Shown here: positions 50,270 to 62,689 of the stretch, in pieces
How the letters are laid out: the number at the start of each line of letters is the position of its first letter
How positions within the stretch are numbered: position 1 is the first letter of the stretch
From: Chiloscyllium plagiosum
Lineage: Eukaryota
NCBI RefSeq assembly: GCF_004010195.1
Contig: NC_057750.1
Span: 18,700,542 to 18,764,541 of the forward strand
Direction of reading: 5' to 3'
DNA length: 64,000 nt
Notes under the pieces: model-generated
Seen by the model: the letters and a program-made list of their open reading frames with translations, nothing else
Databases searched by the model: none
What the model was told of the DNA's origin: nothing
Translations under genes and position numbers: made by a program

Positions 50270-53200
50270 CTACAAGCAGATGGTTTTCATCTAAACCAGA
50301 GAGGTACCAATATCCTGGGTGGGAAATTCGCTAAAGCTATTAAGGTGGGTTTAAACTAATACAGCAGAGGGATGGGAACCAAAATTGTAGGCCAGGTACA
50401 GAAGAGGATGAGAGTAGGGAGTTCCCAAATCAAGTATCTGACACTGGCAAGCGAGAACCTGGTTTGAAGTGTGTGTACTTCAATGCGAGGACCATCCGAA
50501 ATAAAGTGGGTGAACTGGCAGCGTGGGTTGGTACCTGGGACTTCGATGTTGTGGCCATTACGGAGACATGGATAGAGCAGGGGCAGGAATGGTTGTTGCA
50601 GGTTCCAGGATTCAGATGTTTCAGTAAGAACAGAAAAGATGGTAAATGAGGGGGAGGTGTGGCATTGTTGATCAGGGACAATATTATAGTTGTCGAAAGA
50701 ATGTTTGGGGACTCATTAACTGAGGTAGTATGGGCTGATTTTGAAACAGGAAAAAAGTCACCATGCTGGGAGTTTTCTATAAACCTCCGAATAATCCCAG
50801 AGATGTAGAGGAAAGGATAGCAAAGATGATTCCTGATAGGAGTGAGAGGGGCAGGGTAGTTGTCATGGGGGGCTTCAACTTTCCAAATATTGACTGGGAT
50901 CACTACAGTATGAGTACTGTAAATGGGTCAGTTTTTGTCCAGTATGTGCAGGAGGGCTTCCTGACACAGTACATAGACAGTCCTACAAGGGGCGAAGCCA
51001 CTTTAGATTTAGTACTGGGTAACACGCCTGGCCAGGTGTTAGATTTGGAAGTAAGTGAGCACTTTGGAGACTGCAATCACAATTCTGTCAGGTTTAATTT
51101 AGTGATGGAAATGGATAGGTGTACTCCACTGAGCAAGAGTTACAGCTGGGGGAAGAGAAATTACCATGCAATTAGGAAAGATTTAGCAAGCGTAGAATGG
51201 GGAAGGGAACTGCAGGGGATGAGCACATTAAAAATGTGGAGCCTATTCAAGGAAAAGCTCCTGTGTGTCCCAGATAAGTAAGTACCTGACGGGCAGGGAG
51301 GAAGATATAGAACACGTGAGCCATGGTTTACGAAGGAAGTGGAATCCCTGGTCAAGAAGAAGAAGAAGGCTTATGTCAGGACAAAATGTGAAAACTCAGT
51401 TAGGGCGCTTGATGGTTACAAGGAAGTCAGGAAAGACTGAAAAAGAGAGCTCAGAAGAGCCAGGAAGGGACATGAGACGTTGTTGGTGGATAGGATCAGG
51501 GTTAATCCTAAGACTTTCTATAGGTATGTCAGGAATAAAAGAATGACGAGAGTTAAATTAGGGCCAATCAAGGACAATAGTGGGAAGCTGTGTTTGGAGT
51601 CAGAGGAGATAGGGGAAGCACTAAATAAATATTTTTCGACAGTGCTCACTTTAGAAAATGAAATTGTTGGTGAAGAAGATACAGAGATACTTGCATCTAG
51701 ACTAGAAGAGATTGAGGTTCACAAGGAAGAGGTATTAGAATAGTGCAGAGTGTGAAAATAGACAAGCCCCCTGGGTCGGATGGGATCTATCCTAGGATCC
51801 TCTGGGAAGTGAGGAAAGAGATTGCCGAGCCTTTGGCATTGATCTTCAAATCATCATTGTCTACAGGAATAGTGCCTGAGGACTGAGGATCGCAAATGTG
51901 GTTCTCTTGTTCAAAAAGGGTACTAGAGACAACCCTGGTAATTACAGACCAGTGAGTCTCACTTCAATTGTTGGTAAAGTGTTGGAAAAGTGTTGGAAAA
52001 GGTTATAAGAGCTAGGATTTATAACTATCTAGAAAAGAATAATCTGATCAGGGGCAGTCAGCACGGTTTTATGAAGGATAGGTCTTGCCTAACGAATCTT
52101 ATTGAGTTTTTTGACAAAGTGACCAAACAGGTAGATGAGAGTAAACTGTTGATGTGATGTATATGGATTTCAGCAAGGCGTTCAATAAGATTCCCCACAG
52201 TAGGCTATTATACAAAATGCAGAGGAATGGGACTGTGGAAGACATGGCAGTTTGGATCAGTAATTGGCTTGTTGAAAGAAAGCAGAGGGTTGTAGTTGAT
52301 GGGACATGTACATCTTGGTGTCCAGTTACTAGCAGCATACCGCAAGGTTCGGTGGTGGGTCCATTGCTGTTCGTCATTTTTATAAATGACCTGCATGAGG
52401 GCTTAGAAGGGTGGGTTAGTAAATTTGTGGACGACACTAAGGTCAGTGGAGTTGTGGATAGTGACGAAGGATGTAGTAGGTTGCAGAGAGACATAGATAG
52501 GATGCAGAGCTGGGCTGAGAGGTGGCAAATGGAGTTTAATGTGGACAAGTGTGAGATGATACACTTTGGCTGGAGTAATCAGAATGCAAAGTACTGGGCT
52601 AATAGTAGGATTCTTGGGAGTGCAGATGAATAGAGAGATCTTGGTTTCCATGTACACAAATCCCTGAAAGTTGCCACGCAGATTGACAGGGTTGTAAAGA
52701 AGTCATACAATGTTTTGGCCTTTATTAATAGGAGAATTGAGTTCTGGAACCAGGAGGTTATGCTGCAGTTGTACAAAGCTCTGGTACAGCCACACTTGGA
52801 GTATTGTGTACAGTTCTGGTCACCACATTATAAGAAGGATGTGAAAGCTTTGGAAAGGGTGCAGAGGAGATTTATTAGGATGTTGCCTGGTATGGAAGGA
52901 ATGCCTTATGAGGAAAGGCTGAAGGCCTTGAGGCTGTTCTCGTTAGAGAGAAGAAGGTTGAGAGGTGACTTAATAGAGACATAAAAGATCATCAGAGGGT
53001 TAGATTGAGTGGACAGGGAGAGCCTTTCTCCTAGTACAGGGATGGCAAACACGAGGGGACACAACTTTAAAGTGAGGGGAGATAGGTATAAGACAGATGT
53101 CAGAGGTAGTTTCTCTACTCAGAGAGTAGTAAGGGTATGGAGTGCTTTGCCTGCAATGGTAGTAGATTCACCAAGTTTAAGTTCATTTAAGTCGCCATTG

Positions 53201-53320
53201 GACAGGCATATGGACGTACATGGAATAGTGTAAGTGGGATGGGCTTCAGATTAGTATGATAGGGCGGCGCACCATCGAGGGCCGAAGGGCCTGTACTGCG
53301 CTGTAATGTTCTATGTTCTT
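50270..53320 (+). mobile_element. Near full-length CR1 LINE ORF2 (APE endonuclease plus RT), disrupted, with a (TGTTCTA)n-type tail
   Basis: CVYFNARTIRNK, DVVAITETW, GGFNFPNIDW, TRGEATLDLVL, YMDFSKAF, PQGSVVGPLLF, SKFVDDTK; multiple stops and frameshifts. Confidence 0.92.
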
Positions 53321-54889
53321 ACCATTTGTTCTTCCTTTCCAGCGTATTTGTTCAACTTCTTAGGACACTGCTAATGGTCAGGCGATACACCAGCTTCTTA
53401 ACACAGGTTCAATTGCTGCTACTCAATCAGGCTGTATCTCGTTGAGACTCAAGTACTGATATCCAGCATCCATTCAGTGGCACAATTCCAAATCTCCAGC
53501 TGCTCCAAGCGAAACCTATTTCCAGCTTAAGGGAACCAGCAAACAGTAGTCGATTAGCAACGTGGCTTCAACTTCTTTTGCCCCTGATTTTCAGTCAGAC
53601 CTGTTTTGTTTATAGCTGCGCCAAGCAAAAGGTTGCATTCCTTTGACCTACTCCCAGCTGCACTGGACAATAAAGGCTTCCAGATCATCACTTAACTCAA
53701 AATTCTTACAGATAATAGCAAAATGTTTTGCTATTTGCTTCTACCCTGACATTTCCATGACGAAATAATTCTTGGCTGACTTTCTGAATTGAGTGACAAT
53801 CTGTGCTGTTGTTGCTGGGCAAAAATCAGTTATAACTGGCATCGTAATATCTGTGCGTTAAATATTACAGTGCTAGCTCACACAGCAGAAATTCATGCAA
53901 GATTGATTCTGTCACACATATGATATGCAAACGTTGCTCAGGAAGCAGATAACCTTAACTCAACACTGGAAGAGATTTTTGTCTATTGCATAGATGTAAG
54001 TGCTTCAATTGGTAACCCCCTGACATCTGAGCCAGATCCTTCCAGATGAGGGTCGACTCCTGAAAGTTGGGTACGAGTTGAATGTTGGCAATTTCAACAC
54101 TAGTGCAGAGGGGGCGCTGCCTTTTTGGAACGTCTGCTTGTGGAACACCACACTGCTGGTGGATTGGGAATGCGGATGTACTGAATAGTGGGAGGAACCA
54201 ATGAAGTGTTAGTACTTACTGAGCAAGCAATTTCAGAAAGTCAGGACTAAGGACGGCCAGGCAGCAAAGACAGACTACGACACTATCACAGGTTCAATGC
54301 TGACAGAGCGCTACATTACCAGACGTTCAGTGATGAGTAAGAGCACCGGGCTGTGGTAGACTGTCTGAAGAACTGTAGTGACTAACCTATGAATTATGAA
54401 TTAGTAAATTTAAAGTGCCCATTGTAGATAGGTAAATACATCTAGAGTGCTCTATATCAGAGGGACAGCGCTGAACTGTCAATATCAGCGCTGTGGGAAC
54501 TCAATTGAAAGAGACTGATTCACGAGGGAGTGGTTCACTCGCAAGAGAATCCTGCACAATTGTAATGCCTGAGAGCGCCCTTACTGATGGCTGGTTCGTG
54601 CCGAGGAGGTGAAGCATTGTCAGAGGACTGCATAATTTTATTACCAAAAGATCAGTGCTACATGCATCATCAGAGCGGCTTAATTCAAGAAAATATATCA
54701 AATTGAAAGCCCATCTGACGTCTTCAATGAAGAAAGTATGTCCAATCATTGAAATGAAGAGCAGGATGATTTCTGCTTGCTATTGCAGGGCCATCATTTT
54801 CCCCTCAGCTAACAAAATTAAAAATAGATTTCCTCACTATCGTTCAATATTTTGCTTGTGAGAACATCTGTGCACAATCGGGTGGCTTA

Positions 54890-55155
54890 AAGGCATGGCA
54901 TTCTAACCAAAACTCCATCAATAAACACATCGACTTACATCCCATTTATCTTGCCTTGAGAGAAAGAACCGGAAATGACATCACCCACCTTAATAAACCA
55001 AGACCTATAAATGGAGAGGCGAGACATACCACCAGCGATTCACCGGCGACTGTCCCTGATGATGTTCACTAGTTATGGTGAGGAAACGTCTGAAAACAAC
55101 CCTTCCAGCTCAGCGAGCTGACTTATATACTTATCATCAACCTGAGCTACAAATC
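54890..55155 (+). mobile_element. PLE 3'-end (pLTR-like) fragment with an intact hammerhead core
   Basis: Homologous to 13180-13450; CTGATGA at 55056-55062 and GAAACGTC at 55083-55090. Confidence 0.75.
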
Positions 55156-57914
55156 GCTGACACTGATGAAAACTCCCAAAGTGTTGAGGACGTTTTAATG
55201 GAATTATCCATTACTTAATTTAAAAAGATTAAAACAACAATTTCTGAGGTTAACATGATAAAACAACTCGAGATCATCCACAAATCTGGAGCCATTGTAA
55301 ATATTTTGTCAAAGGCAAGTGTAAGTCCTTTGTCGCTGCTCAATTCTTCAAAAAAAAGTTCATAAAGCTTATTTCATGAAATGATAAACACAGGTACGAA
55401 CACACACATTATAAGCAGGACGAGGCCACTCATTGAGTCTGCTCAGGTATTCAGTACGATCATGACTGATATGACAAACAGAACTACTGGAATTTTAAAT
55501 TGTCTATTGTCGGTATATGTACAAAAATCATTTGGTTCACTAATACCCTGAAGGGAAGAAAAGTTGCCATCCTTACCTGGTCTGGCCCCTACGTGGTTCT
55601 AAACCCGGAGCAATGTCCTCTGAATTGGCCTAGTCAACCAACAAGTCCAGGCACTGCCGACGATGCCCTCCTCTCATGCAAGAATAATAAAACAAAATGC
55701 CGGTAATCTAACCCCCGCCCTTCATTACTGTACATAGGCAATAATCAGTTCTAAGGACTAAGGACTAAGACATTTTGGGAGTGCGCCTTATGTATTATAA
55801 AATGTTTAGAGCTCCCGGAACATGTCGATGCTTGATGTCAATTTTATCCTCCGCCTACGCACTTCCTGTAACTTTGTCAGCATTTCGTTCTTCTCCTTTC
55901 ATATGTTTGTCCAATCAGAACCCTTGCCGTGGGCTAAGCCTTTTCTCATCACTTCCGGGTTGGATTTATCCATCATTATTTTATATCAATGTTTATTTTG
56001 CACTCTAACCATTTTCTTTACGCCGACCCGAACAAACCATTTGACCACAAACAAAACTCTCTGGCACCTCCAGTTTCTCTCATCCAGGGAACAGTGCATC
56101 AATCTGATTGGTTCCTGAAAAGTACAACCATTCAGTTTCTGTCTTTGAAAATCACTTTTACACCTCCTTCAATGACATCACGTTTCTTTCTGTGAAATGG
56201 ATACCAGACCTATGCACTATGCACATATGGTCGAGTCAAGTTCCTTTATTGGCTTAAAAGAACTTCCCAATGAAATAGTGGCTTAATATTTTGTTCGCAA
56301 GGGGAGAAACTACAATATCAATGGTATTGTATTCAATAATTCGTTAACATTCCAAAAGATTAATTAGAGTATTAATTCCATAGCCACTCACATTCGGTAT
56401 CGAAAATGAAATCAGGATAAAAATCTGGTAAAAGCAAGTTAGCATAATTTAATTACATAAATACACTAATACCATAGCGAATTGAGGAACAATGGACGGA
56501 AAGCTAAAGGAAGTGTCATGTCTATTTAGATTATATTGCAATTACAAGTAAATAGACATTATCAGCACTGACTCTCATGGTAATTTCAACATTTAAGTAT
56601 CCCATTAAGAAATGGAACCACATTCATAATAGGAAATATGTAATAGAAATATGACTGCACCTGCAGTTTTGAGATCTCAATTCAATTGAGTTTATGATTT
56701 TCATTGAATGATCTGAGCGTGATTGTAGGCACCGGTTCTGGAAGTTGTTAGATGGCACAAGGGGTTTCCACAACTTAGTGCAAAGGTTATTCTTAATAAC
56801 GTTTCAATCGTTATGAAGTATTGCGCACTTACTTCCATATAGCCGTCACCTCTCTACCGCCAGTATTTGACATCCATGTCCAATTCCTCAATTGTTATTC
56901 ATTGTTAAACACTTCATCAACGTAGTGAACCTGAAGTTTTGTGCTGCATTCGGTCAAAGATGAAACACCTTAACACACATGACAAACGGTGGAGTTTTCC
57001 ATGCTACTGTTAGTGGCAGGTGCACGGTGAGCTGGATTGGCTTGAAGTAAGATCAACTGAAATGATAACAACATCGCACGCTTTACGGGAGGCAGTGGCC
57101 TGGTAGTATTATCACCGCTCGAATTGAACTAGCGTTCTGGTGGCTAAGGTTTGAGTCCCGCTACGTCAGATGGTGGAATCTGCTTCCAATTTCTTTTTAA
57201 AAGTCTGGAATTAAGAATCTACTTCTAACCGTCAAATCATTGCCAATTGATGGTTGAAACCCCATGTGGCTCACTCATGTTCTTCAGCGAAGGAAGAAAA
57301 ATTAGCTTTTCAAGTGATAAGTTTATCAGCTTACAATGCACCTGATTTACTGTAGATATCAAAGGTCTTTTGGTTGAGAAAATGTGTTAGGTTCCCAGCG
57401 TCCTGTACATTTCAGAAAAGATGCAACAAGTAATAGTTCCTCTCTCTCTCTTACATGGTTAAAAGGGCCTCCCACTCGTGTGTCACAGATGGAAAGAGGT
57501 TGAATAACCTCCTCCAGTGTCTGTGCAACTGAAGATAAAGTAATTGAACGGTCACTTAATTTCAGCTTGAACATGCTGAATAGCCTGTTCTTGTTCCAAT
57601 GCAAATAGCTCCATTGGTTGGATGGATTCCTTAAATCCCTATTATACAAGTTAAAGTGCAGTTGATTGGTTTCCTCTTCCATTTTTTAACGAGCTCTGAT
57701 GTTGTATGTCTTCCTCAAGTTGCTGTGCTCTATGGTTGACAAGTCCACCCCATTTTCTTATGTATCAAGTTTCAGAAGAGGTTATGGAGTCCAACTACGA
57801 TCTAATCAATCCCAAATGACATTGCAAACTAAAGCTGTGCAGAAGGACTTAAGAGGCGGGGTCTTATGCCATTCATACTCGACATTTTTTTTTGTATGAG
57901 ATTATTTCACCGTG

Positions 57915-57926
57915 GGGACAGCAGGG
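57915..57926 (+). CDS. TRBD: TCR beta D segment GGGACAGCAGGG
   Basis: 5' 12-RSS: TTTTTTTGT, 12 bp, CACCGTG (57887-57914). 3' 23-RSS: CACTGTG, 23 bp, ACAAAAACC (57927-57965). It begins GGGACAG like the vertebrate D-beta1 and is open in all three frames (GTAG, GQQ, DSR). Confidence 0.95.
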
Positions 57927-58989
57927 CACTGTGATTAAATCCAATGCAACCTCTGTACAAAAACCTCCTTCGAAACGAGCTCAACAGAAGACAACAAGGT
58001 GAATGCACCACCATCACATTTCAATTAAAGCGGTTCAGGGAAATACCATGAAAGGATAATTGTAACTGCAAGGCACTTCTAACGAAACAAAATGCATAAT
58101 CTTTGTGTCATTTTTCTGAACATTGATCACTCTTCATCCCAACTTCGTTTGACAAGCCTGACAAAGAATCATTCAGCCATTCCTCGCATTGCCATTCCAT
58201 GCAACTTCCTTGGCGGAATTCAAATGCTTCTCCTCCGTTTTTAAAGTATTTTTGTGCTCCGCCACCCTTTGAGTGTGCTCATGACTTGACCAGCAACTCT
58301 TAATTGCGACTACAGTCCACTTTTAGGTGACTGTTCCATGGTGTTGGAATCTGAGAACATGTGGAGTCAATAACATACTTCGAGATGGGCACAAAATTAA
58401 CGGTAAGAGAATGAACCTTATTCACCTCAGAAATTATCTAGCAATAAAAGTTCACAGTCCTCTGAGCTCTGAGCTACTTAAAACGTCAGAGACTGTTCTG
58501 ATATGTGCCAATAACCTCAAGAAATGCGCCCAATGCAGTACAGTGACAGCATTTATTTATCACTTCCGAGCAATATTCAATTCCAGAGAAGGCATTGATT
58601 CCCTCTTCTGACTCACAAAGGAAAATGCCTGGTTCATTCTGGGTCAAGTTGGAGGTGGTTCTTGTAATCTGTCCAATACAAGAATACAACAACGCAATGT
58701 TAACGAAGGTGTAACGTGCCATGCAATTAAATTATAATTCTACCCACGCATTCAGAATCTGTTCAGAATAAACTGGTCGACAGGGACCAACATTTAATCA
58801 TGCGGGTACAGATGGAACCAATAGATTAGAACAACGTCTTAGAGGCAATTACAGCATGCAAGGATGCATTCAGAGGATGCATAACCTGGAAGCATACAAA
58901 GTCAAATGAGATTCAAATGTTTGATATCAGTATACTTCATTTAGAATGGCATCACACTTTTTAGTCTGTGACGGGGTAGTGTCACTGTG

Positions 58990-59037
58990 CTTCAGAAGTA
59001 AATTATTTCGGGCCAGGCACTAAATTAACAGTTCTGG
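58990..59037 (+). CDS. TRBJ: TCR beta J segment 1 (SEVNYFGPGTKLTVL)
   Basis: FGxG motif, gtaagt donor, heptamer CACTGTG at 58983-58989. The nonamer at 12-bp spacing is degenerate. Confidence 0.92.
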
Positions 59038-59232
59038 GTAAGTCATCTATCTTATTTTTTCCCAGTGTGTCCATTAATACTTTATTGATGACTAATGAGC
59101 CGAGCCTTTCATATTCTTTCCAGTTCAATACTTGTTTCTTAAATTTTTGCCTGTGAAATGCCGATCTCTTTCATTTCGTAAGAAACAATTCCCGAGACCG
59201 TTCATGATTGAGAATTGAACATTGTTCAATTG

Positions 59233-59266
59233 AACATTGGTCCTGGTACCAAGTTAACAGTCTTAA
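59233..59266 (+). pseudogene. TRBJ: Pseudo-J segment (NIGPGTKLTVL)
   Basis: GPGTKLTVL is retained, but F is changed to I, the donor is mutated to ttaagt and no heptamer is found. Confidence 0.8.
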
Positions 59267-60227
59267 TTAAGTCTACAGTTATTTCGGTTCTAGTATTGAT
59301 CAGAATCCATGTCAATCTGCAATTGAACATAATGTGGGGGGAAGGGGGGGGGGAGATGTGATACGTTCAAGATTAAAACAAAACATTGATGAGACTTACA
59401 ACCTGATTCACTCTGTCATTATTTTCTCCTTATTCCTTTGTACCTGGATGACTTGCTTGCAGTTAAGAATCAATTATGTTGCTGTGGGCCTGGAGGGCAG
59501 ACTAGTTGTCCTTTCCTAAAAGGACATTAGTTTACCAGATGATGTTTTACAACAGTGGATTCAGATCATCTCTCGATTTCCAATTGCCGATTTTACCGAA
59601 TTCAAATTCTGCCATCACCACCTTGGCTCCAAGGACAGTACGTGCGTTTCTGCAAAACCAGTCCAGAGAAAACGCTACATATAATCTCCTTCCTAGAAGA
59701 TAGCATGCATATTATAACATATTGTGGGTGACATGACTAGAAATGTTGCATTCTATAAGTATATAAAACATACGCGGTGATGTAGTCAATGTGTTAAGAT
59801 GATTAAAGAATTCGAAAACCTACATACAAATATTTTAATACCTTTGGTCAGTGAGATGGAGAAGCAAGGAGGGGTTTGCAGCATCTTTAATTAGCAACAG
59901 TGTATTTTGTGGAAGCATGTGGAAATGTAGAAATATGTTGTTCCAACAAATCTCCCGAGATTTGCTATCCACTTGATAGCTCAACTGTGAAATCGGTAAA
60001 TGCTTGTTCGGCAAAGGTATTACGCGTTAAATAATCATGGCGGGGTAATGAAGTTAAAATACCAAAAAAAAACCCACGATGTAATTGAATGGTGGAACAG
60101 AATCTAAAGAGGGAATCATCACTCGTATGTTCGTAAGGTCAATTCAGGAACTATAGTAGGAACTTCAACAGAACTGACTTAGCAACACAGACTCAATTGG
60201 GTTTTGCTACAGCTTGGTACCGCTGTG

Positions 60228-60277
60228 TTCTAACAGCGAAGCTTACTTTGGAGATGGGACGAAGTTGGTCGTTTTCG
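60228..60277 (+). CDS. TRBJ: TCR beta J segment (SNSEAYFGDGTKLVVF)
   Basis: RSS GGTTTTGCT, 12 bp, CGCTGTG (60200-60227); FGDGT motif; gtaagt donor. Confidence 0.94.
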
Positions 60278-62634
60278 GTAAGTGATTACATTCTCAGCGC
60301 TACAGAAAGTTGTTTAAATTCATGTCTTAATGCAGAGTTTGGTCGAGGGGGTTGAAATGCAGGAACTTGGTAAATAATTATGGCTTTTATAGTGGAAGGC
60401 TTGATAAGTCACTGGACTGGTGGAAAAGAGCTTGAGAGAAAACATAACTGAAGGTCTTTGGAAGAAAACTGAACATCCTCAAAATAAACAGAAATTGAAA
60501 TAACATTATTGCAAACAGAATTGTTGAAGTTGGCGTGTGAGAGTAGAACAAGAGCGCAAAGCAATACTGTACAATGAAAAAGTATCAGATTCAATTGGTC
60601 TTTATGTAGTTCCAGGAATATATTATTAAAGTCATAGAGTCAAACAACATGGAAACATACCCTTCCGTCCAAGTGGCCCATGCCTTTCAGGTTTCCTAAA
60701 CTGAACTAGTTCTATTTGCCTACATTTAGCCCATATCTCTCTAAACATTTCCTAACCATGTACCTGTCTGTACGTCTTTTACATGTTGTAATTGTATTCA
60801 CCTGTAACACTGTAGCGACATTGGATGAATTTATAAACATAATAAAGATTGACAATGACCGCATCTGAATTGGGAGGTGTTGGCCGAGCGGACTGTTAAT
60901 CCAGAAACCCAGGTAATGTTCTGGGGACTTGACTTCGAATCCCATTATGGCAGACGTAGAATACCGAAATTAATCAACTGTAGTATTAGAAATTTCATGA
61001 CGTCCATGAATCGATTGTCAGGCAAAATTCAGTTAGATCATTAGTGTCCTTTACTGAAGGAAACTGCCATCCATATCTAGTTTGGCTTACATGTGACACC
61101 AAGCACTTGGAATAGGGTTGACTTTTAACGCCCTCGGGGCAATTAGTGATGGACAATGAATACTGACCTAGCTGGTGACACCCTACGTCCGAGAAGCATT
61201 TAAAAAAACTCAACAGTGTGAGCTCACTTTGTGGAAAATAGTAGGGTGAGACATGACCTGACTGAACTTTTTTCAGATGATGAAAGGAGTTTCATTGAAT
61301 CATAGAATCCCTACAGTGTGGAATTAAGCCATTTGGCCCAACAAATCCACACCGACCCTCCGAACATTTACTCACTCGGACCTATTCAAAACAGCTTAAA
61401 TAGAAAATGTACTTTGATTGCAACTGTGACCATGTTCAGAGGCTATAAATATAAAATAATTGGTAATAAAACCAATCGGGAATTCAGGAGAAAGTTCACC
61501 AAAGACCTGGAATAAATGTTAAGAATTGTTATTATATCAAATGATTGAAAGTGATTACAGTTGATGCATTTAAGATGCAACACACTTGCGGGAGAAAGAC
61601 ATAAAGAGATATTGTGATGAAATAGGAGAGGGAGAGTTGCGGGAGACATTGACATGAACCTGGACGATGGAGTGGTCTGTTACAGATATTTTTATTATTC
61701 AATGCATTTCCTATTGATCTAAAAGTTTTTAATGGATTAGTAGATAACAGAAAATGACGTTTTCAGATTATAATCGTATTGAGAGACGTAAAATATCAAC
61801 TAAAATTCTAGGATAGATTTGCAGTGACCTGTCAACATTTACTAGCTTGACAACAGAGCTAAAATTGAGGAGGGTTTGTATATCGTACTTAGTGACTGAT
61901 ATAAGAGGTGACTGACTGGTTTGATTGATGTGTGTAAAATAATATAAAAGTTAATCCATCCGCTATTTATTCTGTTGGCATAGTTCATAGTAAAGCATGG
62001 AATGATATTTGCATAGTGGAGAGTAACTTTAACATTAAAGTCCGACTGTCCAATACTGATGTTAGGAAATTCATGACTTTTGAAGGGTGTTAAAATTTAG
62101 GCGCCTTTCCTCAAGGAAACTACTGAAGCTGGGGAGTCAATTGTAACTTCTTAAACTGAGATTGGTAGATTTTGTTTTTGCCAGCAAGAATATTAAAAGA
62201 TCTCGAAGAAAGCAGTATGACATAACTAGTTGAAGGTCACGACAACCCCAAGGGCTGCGGAGTCTATCTTCTCGTTCCTATATTGCTTTGTTTGTTGGGC
62301 TAAAGTTTCCATATTTCCATCTGTACCCTTGTTCTGAAGGGATTGTGGTAGAGAGAGGTGAAATGTTTAAATGGAGGCATCTAGCTTTCTATATTGTTGA
62401 CATTTGCTACCTTGGACGTGAGATTAATTTGATTGTTTTCAATAAGTTTGTGAGTGCGCAAATGTCTAAATATCCATTAGTCCTTTTATCCTCTATCTAT
62501 CTGTACTGGCCTGGCCTGCAAGTGTCACCTTTTGCTTCCTTTTTATGCATGCCTTGAAATCTGTGTAATCATTTGCATTTCTGTGCATCTGTCTACTTAT
62601 GTTGCATTTTGATACCAAGGTTTAATGTAGTGTG

Positions 62635-62689
62635 GTTGGGAATGCTCAGCCTGTGCATTTCGGAGAAGGAACATTCTTAACAGTTTTGG
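62635..62689 (+). CDS. TRBJ: TCR beta J segment (VGNAQPVHFGEGTFLTVL)
   Basis: FGEGT motif and gtgagt donor. Heptamer-like TAGTGTG at 62628-62634 with a T-rich nonamer upstream; the exact register is uncertain. Confidence 0.87.

Noticed and set aside
59871-59905. RSS-like GGGTTTGCA...AACAGTG in the J region
   Set aside because: The spacing does not fit 12 or 23 bp, and no FGxG motif or donor follows.
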